A DNA stretch of 64,000 nucleotides from Verrucomicrobiota bacterium (lineage in GTDB: Bacteria > Verrucomicrobiota > Lentisphaeria > Lentisphaerales > Lentisphaeraceae). The position numbers and the translations under genes are program-made. Positions 29,283-39,025 of the stretch are shown one piece after another (positions within the stretch are counted from its first letter, which is position 1; every line of letters begins with the position of its first letter). The DNA lies in contig JBDKFG010000013.1 in NCBI GenBank assembly GCA_039798785.1, positions 10,207-74,206 on the forward strand. The letters run 5' to 3'. The notes beneath the pieces are model-generated. The model was not told where the DNA came from, did no database searches, and saw only the letters and a list, made by a program, of their open reading frames with translations.

Positions 29283-29846
29283 ATGGCGACGAGATGGATG
29301 AAGATCCGTATCGCTTCGGGCATCATTCTCAGCCTGCTCTGCGGTCTGGGAGCCGGCTGGTTCTCCGGCGACATCCAGGTCGCCATGGTCAAGCATCTTG
29401 TCCAGGTTCACCCCCAGGTTCTGGTCGAGACTCCTCGGCCCGAGACGGTGAGGAACTGGGCCTGGGGACTCTGGATCGCCCTGCTCATTCTGCTGCCTTT
29501 TTTGATCGATTCGCGGCACCGCTTTCGCGAAGCCGTCCTGCCCATCGCTCTCAACCTTCTCTGCGCCTTCGCCTATTTTTGTCTGCAGCGCTGGTATCAG
29601 GACGTCAGGGTCGATGAGATTCTACGGAGCCAAGCTCCGCATCTGATTCAATTCCCTTTCGACGGTTTTTCCACCAACACCTATCCGATCAAGTGGATCG
29701 TTCTGCTTCTAGTGCTCGCCAGTTGGGCTCATTCGCGGCGACCGCAGCCTTTCCGGCCGCCCTCCCAGAGACTTTCGGAGGGAGGCGACAGCTGCGCCCG
29801 GAACCGGCCGCGCAGGAGCTTGCAGAGCCGGGCGAAGAAAGAATGA
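29283..29846 (+). CDS. Hypothetical membrane protein (about 4 TM helices; start uncertain: 29253, 29283 or 29298)
   Basis: Four hydrophobic segments. The stop overlaps the next ATG (ATGA). Confidence 0.6.
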   Translation: MATRWMKIRIASGIILSLLCGLGAGWFSGDIQVAMVKHLVQVHPQVLVETPRPETVRNWAWGLWIALLILLPFLIDSRHRFREAVLPIALNLLCAFAYFCLQRWYQDVRVDEILRSQAPHLIQFPFDGFSTNTYPIKWIVLLLVLASWAHSRRPQPFRPPSQRLSEGGDSCARNRPRRSLQSRAKKE

Positions 29847-30685
29847 CGCGGCGCACTCTGCTGCTGGGCGGCTTGTTCGCCTCCTGCCGACCCGGTGCCG
29901 CACCCTCCGGCCTGGTGTCGCTGGCGCCTTCCCTCACCGAGTTGCTCTGCGCCCTGGGAGGGGCCCCGCTACTCCGCGGCGTCAGCGACTGGTGCAGGCA
30001 TCCCGCCGCCATCGCCGGCCTGCCCCGCTGCGGATCCTCGTTCACGCCCGATTTCGAGGCGATCAAAGCTCTGCGCCCGGAGCTCGTCCTCTGCAGTGGC
30101 TCGCCGCCCTCCTGGCGGCTCGCCGGCTGCCGGATCGACAGCTTCGACCAGTCGAGCCTGCCGCTTCTCCTAGAATCTTTTGACAAGCTGGGAAAAAACC
30201 TTGGACTGGAAACGGCGGCGGCCCGTGAAAGAAGCCGTGTCGAAGCTGAGATCGAGTCCTGCCGGGCTCGAGCCGCCCGGCAGCCCAGGGTCTCGGTTCT
30301 GCTGCTCCTCAATCCCCTTGGAGACTCAGGCGCCGCGCCGCAAGTCTGCGCTGCGTCGAAAAACGACGGCTATTTCAGCCCGCTTCTCGAGGCCTGCGGA
30401 CTCGACAACCGGCTTGAACACAAGCTCGCCTATCCCCTGCTCGGGCCGGAGCAGCTGCGCCGCCTCGATCCCGAGCGCATCATCGTCATCGCCTCCGGAT
30501 TCTCCGACGCTCAGCAGGCTCGGGAACTCGCCTCCTGGCAGAGATTCAAAGCCTTGCGCGCCGTCCAGACTTCAGCCATCCATCTCCTCACCGGTGACCA
30601 TGTCCAAATCCCCGGTCCGCGCCTGCCCCTGCTTCTCGCCGATTTCGAAAAGATCCGAAACTCTTTGGCCAGTTTGACGTCGTGA
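29843..30685 (+). CDS. BtuF-like cobalamin/iron-chelate ABC substrate-binding protein (helical backbone metal receptor)
   Basis: VSLAPSLTELLCALG...GVSDWC..P, PDFEAIKALRPELV and PGPRL motifs. Leader MTRRTLLLGGLFASC looks Tat/lipoprotein-like. Confidence 0.8.
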   Translation: MTRRTLLLGGLFASCRPGAAPSGLVSLAPSLTELLCALGGAPLLRGVSDWCRHPAAIAGLPRCGSSFTPDFEAIKALRPELVLCSGSPPSWRLAGCRIDSFDQSSLPLLLESFDKLGKNLGLETAAARERSRVEAEIESCRARAARQPRVSVLLLLNPLGDSGAAPQVCAASKNDGYFSPLLEACGLDNRLEHKLAYPLLGPEQLRRLDPERIIVIASGFSDAQQARELASWQRFKALRAVQTSAIHLLTGDHVQIPGPRLPLLLADFEKIRNSLASLTS

Positions 30686-30706
30686 GCGTCGATCAGGGGC
30701 GAGCTG

Positions 30707-31666
30707 TCAGTTGGCGTCTTCGTCTGCCGGCAGTTCCACCGTGAAAAGACTCTCGAGATAGGGGCGGAGCTCGGGATGGCGCCAGGCGAAGCCTGAAGCC
30801 CTGAGCGTCGCCGGCTCGATCTTCAGATCCTTCAGCATCATGACCGGCCCCATGTCTCCCGGCAGCAGCTTGAGGAGGAACGCGGGTACGTGGAAAAATG
30901 CCGGCATGCCGATCGCGTCCGCCAGGATTGCGGTGAAATCGCGATTGTTGATCAGTTGCGGAGCCACCAGATTCACCGGCCCGGCCAGTTCCGGCTTTTC
31001 CAGGATGTGGAGAATCGCCGCCGTCGCATCCTCCTCGGAGATCCACGGAAGGTGCTGCGTGCCTTTGCCAAGACGCCCGCCGGCTCCAAAGGCGAAAATC
31101 TTTTCCATCCGCTCGAGGAAACCGCCGCGTCGCCCCAAGACGACGCCGAAACGCAGGTGAACCACCCGCACGTCGCCCCGCTCGGCCAAAGGTGCAGCAG
31201 CAGCTTCCCAGTCGCGGCAGAGATCGCCGAGGAAATCCTGCGCCCAGGACTCCGGCCCTAGCATCTTTTCAGACCAAAGAGTCTCGCCGCCCGCCCAGGC
31301 ATTGACTCCGGAAGCGCAGATGAAAACCGGCGGCGGACGTTCCATCGTCATCATCCGCCCCACTAAAAGCTCCGTCGTCTTGATCCGGCTGTCACGCAAT
31401 TCCTGACGGCGTGCCGCGGTCCATGGACGATCCGCCACCCCCGCGCCGCCGAGATGGATGACGGCGCGGATGTTGTTAAAGACTCCGACATCGAGAATCT
31501 CCTTTTCCGGATCCCAGCTCCGCTCGGAATAGGTGGCTTCCGCACCGCGGATCAGACGGATCACCGGAATGCCGGCATTGACCAGACGCAAGGTCAGCGC
31601 CCGGCCCAGATAGCCGCGGCCCCCCACCAGCAAAACCGGCGCACTTTTGATCTCTTCTTCCGTCAT
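30707..31666 (-). CDS. TIGR01777 family NAD-dependent epimerase/oxidoreductase (YfcH-like)
   Basis: GGRGYLG Rossmann motif, WT..RRQELRDSRI, FLGDLCRDWE, LRFGVVL and GPVNLVAP. Confidence 0.88.
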   Translation of the reverse strand: MTEEEIKSAPVLLVGGRGYLGRALTLRLVNAGIPVIRLIRGAEATYSERSWDPEKEILDVGVFNNIRAVIHLGGAGVADRPWTAARRQELRDSRIKTTELLVGRMMTMERPPPVFICASGVNAWAGGETLWSEKMLGPESWAQDFLGDLCRDWEAAAAPLAERGDVRVVHLRFGVVLGRRGGFLERMEKIFAFGAGGRLGKGTQHLPWISEEDATAAILHILEKPELAGPVNLVAPQLINNRDFTAILADAIGMPAFFHVPAFLLKLLPGDMGPVMMLKDLKIEPATLRASGFAWRHPELRPYLESLFTVELPADEDAN

Positions 31667-31856
31667 CGCCGAACTCCCAGTCTTGATTGCAAGTAAACAT
31701 AGCCGCAGTCTCCATGCCCGATGACGCTTGAGGGCTGGTCGGTGGATTTTATAAAAAACCCGATCTTTTAAGTGTCATAATTCGTTCTGAGTCCGAATGA
31801 TCTTGAAGGAATCGCGGAAATTCACGGATATCGATTCAAAGCCCCAAGGAGTCCTC

Positions 31857-34559
31857 ATGCGCTTTTTCTCCGCCGCCCTCCTCCTCGCCGCCATCGGCCT
31901 CCACGCCGCCCCGGAAATCCGCTTCGAACAACCCGGCGGCAAGAACTGGGAATCTCAAGGTCTGCCGATCGGCAACGGCCGCCTCGGCGCCATGCTCTTC
32001 TCCGGCGTCGACTCCGACCGCATCCAGTTCAACGAGGAATCGCTGTGGACCGGCGGCCCCAACCCCTCCGGCGGCTGGAGCCCTGACGGCCAGGACCAGA
32101 ACTCCTTCGGTTCCTACCAGAACTTCGGCGATCTCTTCGTCGACTTCGCCGGCGGCGGCAGCAACGAGCTCAGCTCTCCCTCAGGCCACGAGAACGGCGA
32201 CGGCAACGGCCTGGCGAACGCCTTCGACGGCAAGGCACAAAACAAGTGGTGCCTCGAGCACAAGGGCAAGGCGGTGATCGCCCAGATCAAGCTTGCCAAA
32301 CCCGCCGCCCTCGCCTCCTACGCCCTCACTTCCGCCAACGACGTCCCGGATCGCGATCCCTCGACTTGGACCTTCGAAGGCTCGCACGACGGCAAGGCCT
32401 GGACCAAGCTCGATTCGCACCAGGACGAAGCGCCCTTCGCTTCACGCCACCTGCGCAAGGAGTTCAAGTTCGCCAACGACAGCGCCTACGCCTTCTACCG
32501 CCTCGTCTTCCAGCCCGGCAAGGCCAGCCATTTCCAGATCGGCGAAATCGAACTGCCCGGTGTCAGTCTCGCGGCTGAAGACAAAGCGCTCAGCGCCTAT
32601 TCCCGCCAGCTCGACCTCGGCACCGGCCTGCACTCCTGCTCCTTCGTCAAGGACGGCGTCACCTACCGCCGCGAAGCCTTCGTCAGCCAGGCCTCGCAAT
32701 GCATCGTCCTGCGCTACACCGCCGACAAGAAGGGCGCCCTCTCCGGCAAGATCCGGCTGGTGGATGCGCATGGCGCAAAAACGACCGCTCAGGACATCGG
32801 CAGCGGCGTTTATTTGATGCACATCGGCGCTTCCGGGAAACTGAAAAACGACCTCTCCTATGCTTCCGAGGTTTTCGCCAAAATCGACGGGGGGATGATC
32901 GGCACGGACGGCGATGTCGCATCCTTCAATAATTGTGACAGCCTCACGCTTTTCCTTGCCGCCCGTACCGACTACGCCCTCGATGTCAGCAAAAACTGCC
33001 GCAGCGGCATCGATCCGACCGAAGCCGTCAAACGCGATCTTGCGAATGCCACAAAGTCCTACGACACCCTCAAATCCGCCGCCATGGCCGAGACCGCCTC
33101 CTACATGGACCGCGTCCAGCTCGACCTCGGCGACAGCCCGGCCGAGGTCAAGGCGCTGCCCACCCCCGCCCGCCTCAAACGCTACCGCGAAGGCAAGCCG
33201 GATATCGACCTCGAGGAGACCCTCTTCGCCTACGGCCGCTACTTGATGCAGGCCAGCTCGCGTCCAGGCGATCTCCCCGCCAACCTCCAGGGGATCTGGA
33301 ACGACCGCATCAGCAACGTTCCCTGGGCCTCCGACTACCACACCAACATCAACATCCAGATGAACTACTGGGGGATGGAGCAGGCCAACCTCGGCGACTG
33401 CCATTCCAGCCTGATCGACTTCATCGACAAGCTGCAGCAGCCGCGCCGCGATGCCGTGCGCTCCGACAAGAAGCAGTTCGGCGAACACGCGACCGAGCTG
33501 CCCGGCTGGACCTGCCGCACCTCGGAGAACATCTTCGGCGGCCAGGGCTGGAACTGGAACATCCCCGCCAACGCCTGGTACGCCCTCCACGTCTGGGAAC
33601 GCTACGCCTTCAGCGGCGACAAAGACTTCCTCAAGAAGACCGGCTACCCGATCCTCAAGGAGGTCTCCCAGTTCTGGCTCGCCCACCTCAAGGCCCTGCC
33701 CGACGGCACCCTCGTCGCCCCCAAGGGCTGGTCGCCCGAACACGGCCCGGTCGAAGACGGCGTGATGCACGACCAGCAGCTCATCTGGGACCTCTTCCAG
33801 AACACTCAGGAGGCAGCCGCCATCCTTGGTGACACCGCCTTCGGCGCCCAGGTCGCCGCCGCCCAGGCCAAGCTCGCGCCGAACAAGATCGGCAAGTGGG
33901 GCCAGCTGCAAGAGTGGCAGGTCGATCGCGACGATCCCAACGACCAGCACCGCCACACCTCGCAGCTCTTCGCCGTCTTCCCCGGTCGCCAGATCTCCCC
34001 AGCCACCACCCCCGAACTGGCCAAGGCCGCCACCCTCTCCCTGCTCAGCCGCAGCGGTTGTTGGGGCAAGAACGAAGGCCGCGCCCTCACCGTCGACTCC
34101 ACCGTCGGCGACTCCCGCCGCTCCTGGACCTGGGCCTGGCGCGGCGCCATGTGGGCCCGCCTCGGCGAGGCCGACAAGGCTCACACCATGATCCAGGGCC
34201 TGATCACCTACAACATGCTCGATAACATGTTCGCCACCCACCCACCCTTCCAGATCGACGGCAACCTCGGCATCACCGCCACCTACTGCGAGGCCCTGCT
34301 GCAGTCACACACCGCCGAACTGCAGCTCCTGCCCGCCCTGCCGAAAGTCTGGTCCAGCGGCTCGGTCAAGGGCTTGCGCGCCCGTGGCGGCCTCGAGGTC
34401 GACCTCGTCTGGAAGGACGGCCAACTGCTCAGCGCCACCCTCACCAACCGCAGCCAGGAAGCGCTCAAACGCAGCGCCACTTGCGCCGGCCACAAAGTTC
34501 TCGTCGAACTCGCCCCCGGCGCCAGCCGCCAACTCAAGGCGACCGACTTCCAACCCTGA
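31857..34559 (+). CDS. GH95 alpha-1,2-L-fucosidase with inserted F5/8-type C (CBM32-like) domain
   Basis: Signal peptide after an [61 protein letters not shown] and FQIDGNLG motifs. [15 protein letters not shown] insert. Confidence 0.93.
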   Translation: MRFFSAALLLAAIGLHAAPEIRFEQPGGKNWESQGLPIGNGRLGAMLFSGVDSDRIQFNEESLWTGGPNPSGGWSPDGQDQNSFGSYQNFGDLFVDFAGGGSNELSSPSGHENGDGNGLANAFDGKAQNKWCLEHKGKAVIAQIKLAKPAALASYALTSANDVPDRDPSTWTFEGSHDGKAWTKLDSHQDEAPFASRHLRKEFKFANDSAYAFYRLVFQPGKASHFQIGEIELPGVSLAAEDKALSAYSRQLDLGTGLHSCSFVKDGVTYRREAFVSQASQCIVLRYTADKKGALSGKIRLVDAHGAKTTAQDIGSGVYLMHIGASGKLKNDLSYASEVFAKIDGGMIGTDGDVASFNNCDSLTLFLAARTDYALDVSKNCRSGIDPTEAVKRDLANATKSYDTLKSAAMAETASYMDRVQLDLGDSPAEVKALPTPARLKRYREGKPDIDLEETLFAYGRYLMQASSRPGDLPANLQGIWNDRISNVPWASDYHTNINIQMNYWGMEQANLGDCHSSLIDFIDKLQQPRRDAVRSDKKQFGEHATELPGWTCRTSENIFGGQGWNWNIPANAWYALHVWERYAFSGDKDFLKKTGYPILKEVSQFWLAHLKALPDGTLVAPKGWSPEHGPVEDGVMHDQQLIWDLFQNTQEAAAILGDTAFGAQVAAAQAKLAPNKIGKWGQLQEWQVDRDDPNDQHRHTSQLFAVFPGRQISPATTPELAKAATLSLLSRSGCWGKNEGRALTVDSTVGDSRRSWTWAWRGAMWARLGEADKAHTMIQGLITYNMLDNMFATHPPFQIDGNLGITATYCEALLQSHTAELQLLPALPKVWSSGSVKGLRARGGLEVDLVWKDGQLLSATLTNRSQEALKRSATCAGHKVLVELAPGASRQLKATDFQP
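34395..34550 (+). repeat. Copy 1 of a diverged 156-bp direct repeat (3' end of the GH95 gene)
   Basis: Colinear without gaps with 36899-37054 at DNA and protein level. Confidence 0.85.
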
Positions 34560-34568
34560 GGCCTCGCC

Positions 34569-34822
34569 ATGCGCCTGCCGCTTCTTCTCCCTCCCTTCCT
34601 CCCCGCCGCCTCGCGCGCCTCCCTCGCCGACCAGCAGGCCCGGCCCTTCGTCTTCGCCGACCCGGATTACTTCCACTGGGGCGGCACGCCGGTCCTCGGC
34701 GACGACGGCCGCTACCACCTCTTCTACGACCGCTGGAGCCGCGCAACCCTCGCGGCATGAAGGGCTGGCTCTACGTTTCGGAAATCGCCCACGCGGTCAG
34801 CGAAGGGCCCGAAGGCCCATCG
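34569..34822 (+). pseudogene. Frameshifted, truncated GH43-like beta-propeller glycosidase fragment
   Basis: DYFHWGGTPVLGDDGRYHLFYDRW continues in another frame as GWLYVSEIAHAVSEGPEGP (shift near 34740), then similarity stops. Confidence 0.7.
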
Positions 34823-34902
34823 GCGGCGGTTTTTGGGTGTGTTCATGGAGGCAGGCGTGCTTGAAGCCGGGCGAGCTTGCGATTGAGGGCGGGGCAGGGT
34901 TC

Positions 34903-36678
34903 TTATTGCGGCTGGCCGAACAGTTGGAATTCCGCCAGGGTCGGCGTGCCGTCGGTCTTGCGGAGGTTCAGGCGGAACAGGCGGGCTTTGACGGGCTTGA
35001 AGGAAAGTTCCGAATCCGAGCCGATCCTCTCGCCGGAGGCGATTGTTTTCCACTGGCCGTTGATCTGCGCCTCCAGATCGAAGGCCCGGGTGCGGCCATG
35101 TGGGGCGTCGCTGAGACGGGTGCTGCCGACTTCGCGTTCTTGCTCAAGGTCCACCGTCACCGAGGCGCTGGCGGTTTTGTCGTCTGCGCCCCAGAGCGTG
35201 GTGGGGTTGCCGTCGGTGATAGATGAGGGTTTGAGGTCGGTGCGGTCGCGTCCCGGCCAGACGCTGGTGGCCGTCACCGGCTTGCCGAGGGCCAGGTTGA
35301 CAGGGGGAGGGAAGGGGGCGACGGCTGGCAGGCGCAGGGCGGCGCGGTCGAGGGTGATTTCGACGATGGTGGCAGGCTGGCGGTGGAAGCGTTCCGGCAC
35401 TGACAGGGTCCACTTGTCGGCTGTGGTGGTCAGGCTGGCGCTGCCGCTTGGCGAAAGCAGGCGCACGGATTTGACTTCGGTCGGCAGGGGAGGCAAGGAT
35501 AGGTCGTCGCCGCGCCATTTGGTGACGAAGAGATAGACCTTGTCGCCTTTGCGAGTGGCTACGTAGTTGGCGCTGGGTTTCCACGGGCCGCCCCGGGTGC
35601 CATAGATCGCTTCGCCGTTGTCTTTCATCCAAGCGCCGATTTCCTCGAGGGCCTGGGCGTGGCTGGGGTCGATGGTGCCGTCGGCACGCGGGCCGACGCC
35701 GAGGAGGAGCGAGCCGTCGCGACCGATGCATTGGATGAGCCAGCCGAGGACTTCGGTCTTGGGGCGGGGGGTCATGGGAGGGAACCAGGACCAGCGGGAG
35801 TTGACGCCGCAGAGGCTGAAGCAGCAGTCCCAGGCCTTGTCCATGTAGAATTCGCCGAGATCGACTTCGCGGGCCTGGTAGTCGCCGGCGGGATCGGGGG
35901 CGCCGTCATGGAAGCTGCCGGTCCAGGAGCACACCGGCCCGGATTTGGCGGCGCGCTGGTCGATGCGGTTGCCGAGCAGGGTGCCGGGCTGCAGGCGGCG
36001 GATGTAGTCGTACATCTCCTTGCCGTCCTTGTGGGTCCAGCTGGCCTCCCAGTGGCCGTCGAACCAGATGCAGCCGACTTTGCCGTACTGGGTCAGCAAT
36101 TCCTTCATGTGCGGCTTGAAGACCTCGTTCTTGTAGGCGGTCAGGTCGGCCCCGGCCTGGCCCTTGTACTTGGGGTTCCACCAGTCGAGCACCGAGTAGT
36201 AGAGGCAGAACTGCACCTGGCTGCCCTGGCAGGCCAAGGCCATCTCCTTGACGTAGTCGCGGCCGAAGGGGGATTTCATGACGTTGTAGGACGAGGTCTT
36301 GGTGTCCCACATGCAGAAGCCGTCGTGGTGCTTGGGGACGATGACGGCGTAGCGGATGCCGGCGGTTTCGAAGAGCTTGACCCATTCCCCGGCGTGGAAG
36401 TTCTCGCCCTTGAATTGCTTGTAGAGGCTGTCGTATTTCTCGATGCCGACGGCGGGGCGGCACCAGGAGATCTCCTGGCCGACCAGGGCCGAGGGGTTCC
36501 AGTGGAGGAAGACGCCGAACTTGGCGTCGCGCATCCACTGGGCGCGGGCATCGTAGTCGGCCTGGGATTCATGGAAGGGGTCGAAGCCGGCGGGGGCCGG
36601 AGCGGGCTGGGCCAGCGGGGGCGTGCTGGCACAGCTGGCTCCGAGAAGCAGGGGAAGCGCGAGATCGAGCAGTTTCAT
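34903..36678 (-). CDS. GH29 alpha-L-fucosidase (lipoprotein) with C-terminal F5/8-type C domain
   Basis: WMRDAKFGVFLHW, KHHDGFCMWDT, WFDG, LLLGVGPRADG and NGEAIYGT motifs. Leader MKLLDLALPLLLGASC after an AAGGAG RBS. Confidence 0.92.
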   Translation of the reverse strand: MKLLDLALPLLLGASCASTPPLAQPAPAPAGFDPFHESQADYDARAQWMRDAKFGVFLHWNPSALVGQEISWCRPAVGIEKYDSLYKQFKGENFHAGEWVKLFETAGIRYAVIVPKHHDGFCMWDTKTSSYNVMKSPFGRDYVKEMALACQGSQVQFCLYYSVLDWWNPKYKGQAGADLTAYKNEVFKPHMKELLTQYGKVGCIWFDGHWEASWTHKDGKEMYDYIRRLQPGTLLGNRIDQRAAKSGPVCSWTGSFHDGAPDPAGDYQAREVDLGEFYMDKAWDCCFSLCGVNSRWSWFPPMTPRPKTEVLGWLIQCIGRDGSLLLGVGPRADGTIDPSHAQALEEIGAWMKDNGEAIYGTRGGPWKPSANYVATRKGDKVYLFVTKWRGDDLSLPPLPTEVKSVRLLSPSGSASLTTTADKWTLSVPERFHRQPATIVEITLDRAALRLPAVAPFPPPVNLALGKPVTATSVWPGRDRTDLKPSSITDGNPTTLWGADDKTASASVTVDLEQEREVGSTRLSDAPHGRTRAFDLEAQINGQWKTIASGERIGSDSELSFKPVKARLFRLNLRKTDGTPTLAEFQLFGQPQ

Positions 36679-36898
36679 CGAGGGCTCCTTGGGTGATTGA
36701 TGGCGCCGTTTCCGATGTCCGGGTTGCGAGGGAGTTCCTCCGAAATCATTATGGAATCTCGTTAAATGGCAATGGAATATCACGGGAAGTCGGTCCGTGG
36801 TCCGCTGGGCATCGCTAGTAAACTGAACGACAAAGTCGCCTTCGTGATGGGGGCGGCTCGGCCATGGGATTGAGCTTTGCTGGACTATGATCCGAATC

Positions 36899-37069
36899 GA
36901 AGTCGACCTCGTCTGGAAGGATGGCCAACTAGTCAGCTCCATCTTTATCAACCGCAGCGAGGAAGAGATCAAACGCACCGCCACGTGCGTCGGCCGCAAA
37001 GCTCACCTCGAACTCGTTCCCGGAGCCAGTCGCGAGCTTAAAGCCACCGATTTCCGTTCCTTTCGATAG
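36899..37069 (+). pseudogene. Orphan duplicate of the GH95 3' end (copy 2 of the direct repeat)
   Basis: [52 protein letters not shown] matches the GH95 C-terminus. Confidence 0.85.
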
Positions 37070-37077
37070 CCGCTTCG

Positions 37078-38445
37078 CTAGGCCAGGATCGTCGCGTTCG
37101 GACTCGCCGTCTGATAAGCGCTTCTCGGCGCGTCGCAGAGCGGGCAGACCCAGTCGGAGGGCAGGCGGCTGAAGGGGGTGCCGGGGGCGATGCCGGGCGA
37201 GCCGAGTTCCGGCAGGTATTCGCTGAAGCATTCGCGGCAGCGGTGGCGCTGCGGCGGGTTGGGAGGCGGCAGCGGCAGGGCCAGCGGCTGAGGATCGCGC
37301 GAAGGCGTCTGGACGAATGCGGTTTGCAGCTGGGCCAGGGCCTGGCGCAGGCCGCCGAGGCCGAGCTCGGAGGCGACCGGCTTAAGAACCGGAGAGCGGG
37401 GGTCGAATCCCTCCTTGTGGCTGAGGCGATAGCGGCGCAAGCCGAAGAGCCCGCGCTGGGTCTCGATCTGCACGGTCGCGCCGCAATCGGGATCGCCATC
37501 GACGGCGAGGCTGAGGCCGCTGAGCTCGCGGCTGTCGAGGCGCTGCGCCAGGGCCAATGCGGCCGCATCTCCGGGCGGCAGCTGCCAGCTGGCGTCGCGT
37601 CCGCCCTGGAGCGGCAGGCGCAGGCTGGCACAGAGGCGGCGCCAGGATTCGAGGCGCTCGGGCGCGAGGTGCTTGAAGAGCAGCTGGCGCTGCGGCGTCA
37701 GGAAGATCTGCCCCAAGCCCTGCAATCTGGCCGCGGCGGCGAGGGCCTGCAGGGTCTGCCAGCGCCAGGGCTGCTGGCGGTTGTCGAGCAGCAGGGAGAA
37801 GCGGCCGTCGTCCTGGCGCAGGAAGCCCGGTACTGCGGCGGCCGGGGCGGCGGCGGGACGGAAGGCGGGCGCGGGCTTGAGGCGGGGCAGAGCCTCGAGG
37901 AGCGCGGAACTCAGGACCAGGACCGAGCAGTCGGGGTCGGCGGCGAGGCGCTTCCGGCAGGCGGCGAGGGCGGTCGCGATCAGCTCGCTCGGGATGAGGG
38001 AGGGGAAGAGCTGGCGCTGCAGCTTCAGCCGGAAGACGAGGAACCACTGGCCGGGCTCATCGGCGGCGACGAAGTTGAACTGGCCGCTGAAGAGCGGTGC
38101 GAAGGCCTGCGCCGCATGGCAGAGGTTGACGGCGAGGGGCAGGTCTGCCGGCAGCGACTGGCAGATGTCGCGATAGGCGTCCTGGGAGGAGGCCCAGTCA
38201 TTGCCGCCGAGCCCGCCGGCGAGCTGCGAGCTGATCAAGCCGGGGGCGGCACGGGAGTCGCGGGCGACCGCACCGAAGCCGCGCAGGCGAGGGTGATCGG
38301 GGGCGACGCCGGGGATCAGGAGTTCCTGGCGGGGGCCAAGGTGAAGCAGGCCGTAAGGAGCGTCCTGGGCGGCCAAGGCGGCTTCCTCGAGCTCTCGAGG
38401 CGAGAGGGCGCCGCCGAAGGGGCGGATAGCGGTGAGGGGCGTCAT
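37078..38445 (-). CDS. Rubredoxin-domain protein with nitrite/sulfite-reductase ferredoxin-like half domains
   Basis: C-terminal CRECFSEY...GIAPGTPFSRLPSDWVCPLC. Two segments resemble NIR/SIR half domains (LHLGPRQELL, IFLTPQRQLL). AAGGAGG RBS. Confidence 0.75.
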   Translation of the reverse strand: MTPLTAIRPFGGALSPRELEEAALAAQDAPYGLLHLGPRQELLIPGVAPDHPRLRGFGAVARDSRAAPGLISSQLAGGLGGNDWASSQDAYRDICQSLPADLPLAVNLCHAAQAFAPLFSGQFNFVAADEPGQWFLVFRLKLQRQLFPSLIPSELIATALAACRKRLAADPDCSVLVLSSALLEALPRLKPAPAFRPAAAPAAAVPGFLRQDDGRFSLLLDNRQQPWRWQTLQALAAAARLQGLGQIFLTPQRQLLFKHLAPERLESWRRLCASLRLPLQGGRDASWQLPPGDAAALALAQRLDSRELSGLSLAVDGDPDCGATVQIETQRGLFGLRRYRLSHKEGFDPRSPVLKPVASELGLGGLRQALAQLQTAFVQTPSRDPQPLALPLPPPNPPQRHRCRECFSEYLPELGSPGIAPGTPFSRLPSDWVCPLCDAPRSAYQTASPNATILA

Positions 38446-38470
38446 CGGCAGCCTCCTTTCTGTAGGAGAA

Positions 38471-38770
38471 TCAGCGGCTGGGCCTCAATGCTCGGCGAAT
38501 GCTGATCGGATCTTGCCGACAGTCGAGCACCCGCCATACCGTAACGGTCTGCTGCTCCAACTTGTAATAGATCGCAAAAGGAAAGCGTGATGCCAGCATC
38601 CGATAATGACGATGGAAGCGTGGGTGAATTCCTGCGTACAGCCGCAGAGATTCGATTTCGGCGCTCAAGGATTCGAGGAAGTAAGCGCTGAGGCCGAGAT
38701 TCTGCGCCTCGTAGAAGTCCATGGCGCGGTTGAGATCCCGGTAAGCCGCCGGCATGATCCGAAGAATCAT
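38471..38770 (-). CDS. RelE/ParE-family type II toxin
   Basis: AYRDLNRAMDFYEAQNLGL...RFPFAIYY...VWRVLDCRQDP. The ATG overlaps the antitoxin stop. Confidence 0.85.
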   Translation of the reverse strand: MILRIMPAAYRDLNRAMDFYEAQNLGLSAYFLESLSAEIESLRLYAGIHPRFHRHYRMLASRFPFAIYYKLEQQTVTVWRVLDCRQDPISIRRALRPSR

Positions 38771-38985
38771 GGAAGTCGCTTGCGAAGCAGTTCCTTGGCA
38801 GCTTGCCAATCCATCGGAATTTCTTCGCCACGAGCTGCGGCCGCCTCGGTTTCAGCCAATTCTGCGGCATGCCAGTCAGGAGAGGTGTAGGCCGACTGCG
38901 GATGAGACAGATCAGCCCAAAGAGCTTCCATGGCCAGGAGTTTCTCCTGACGGGACATCCGATCAAGTTGGAGGTGGTGTGGCAT
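38767..38985 (-). CDS. Putative addiction-module antitoxin (TIGR02574-like)
   Basis: MSRQEKLLAMEALWADL...SPDWH..EL...DWQAAK pattern, directly upstream of the toxin. Confidence 0.85.
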   Translation of the reverse strand: MPHHLQLDRMSRQEKLLAMEALWADLSHPQSAYTSPDWHAAELAETEAAAARGEEIPMDWQAAKELLRKRLP

Positions 38986-39025
38986 GGTGCAAGATGATGC
39001 CGAATGGGGGAATTGGCAATGGTGT

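Noticed and set aside
36679..36999. N-terminal extension of GH29 given by the ORF track
   Set aside because: The RBS and lipoprotein signal point to ATG 36678; the extension is partly the antisense of the duplicated GH95 end.
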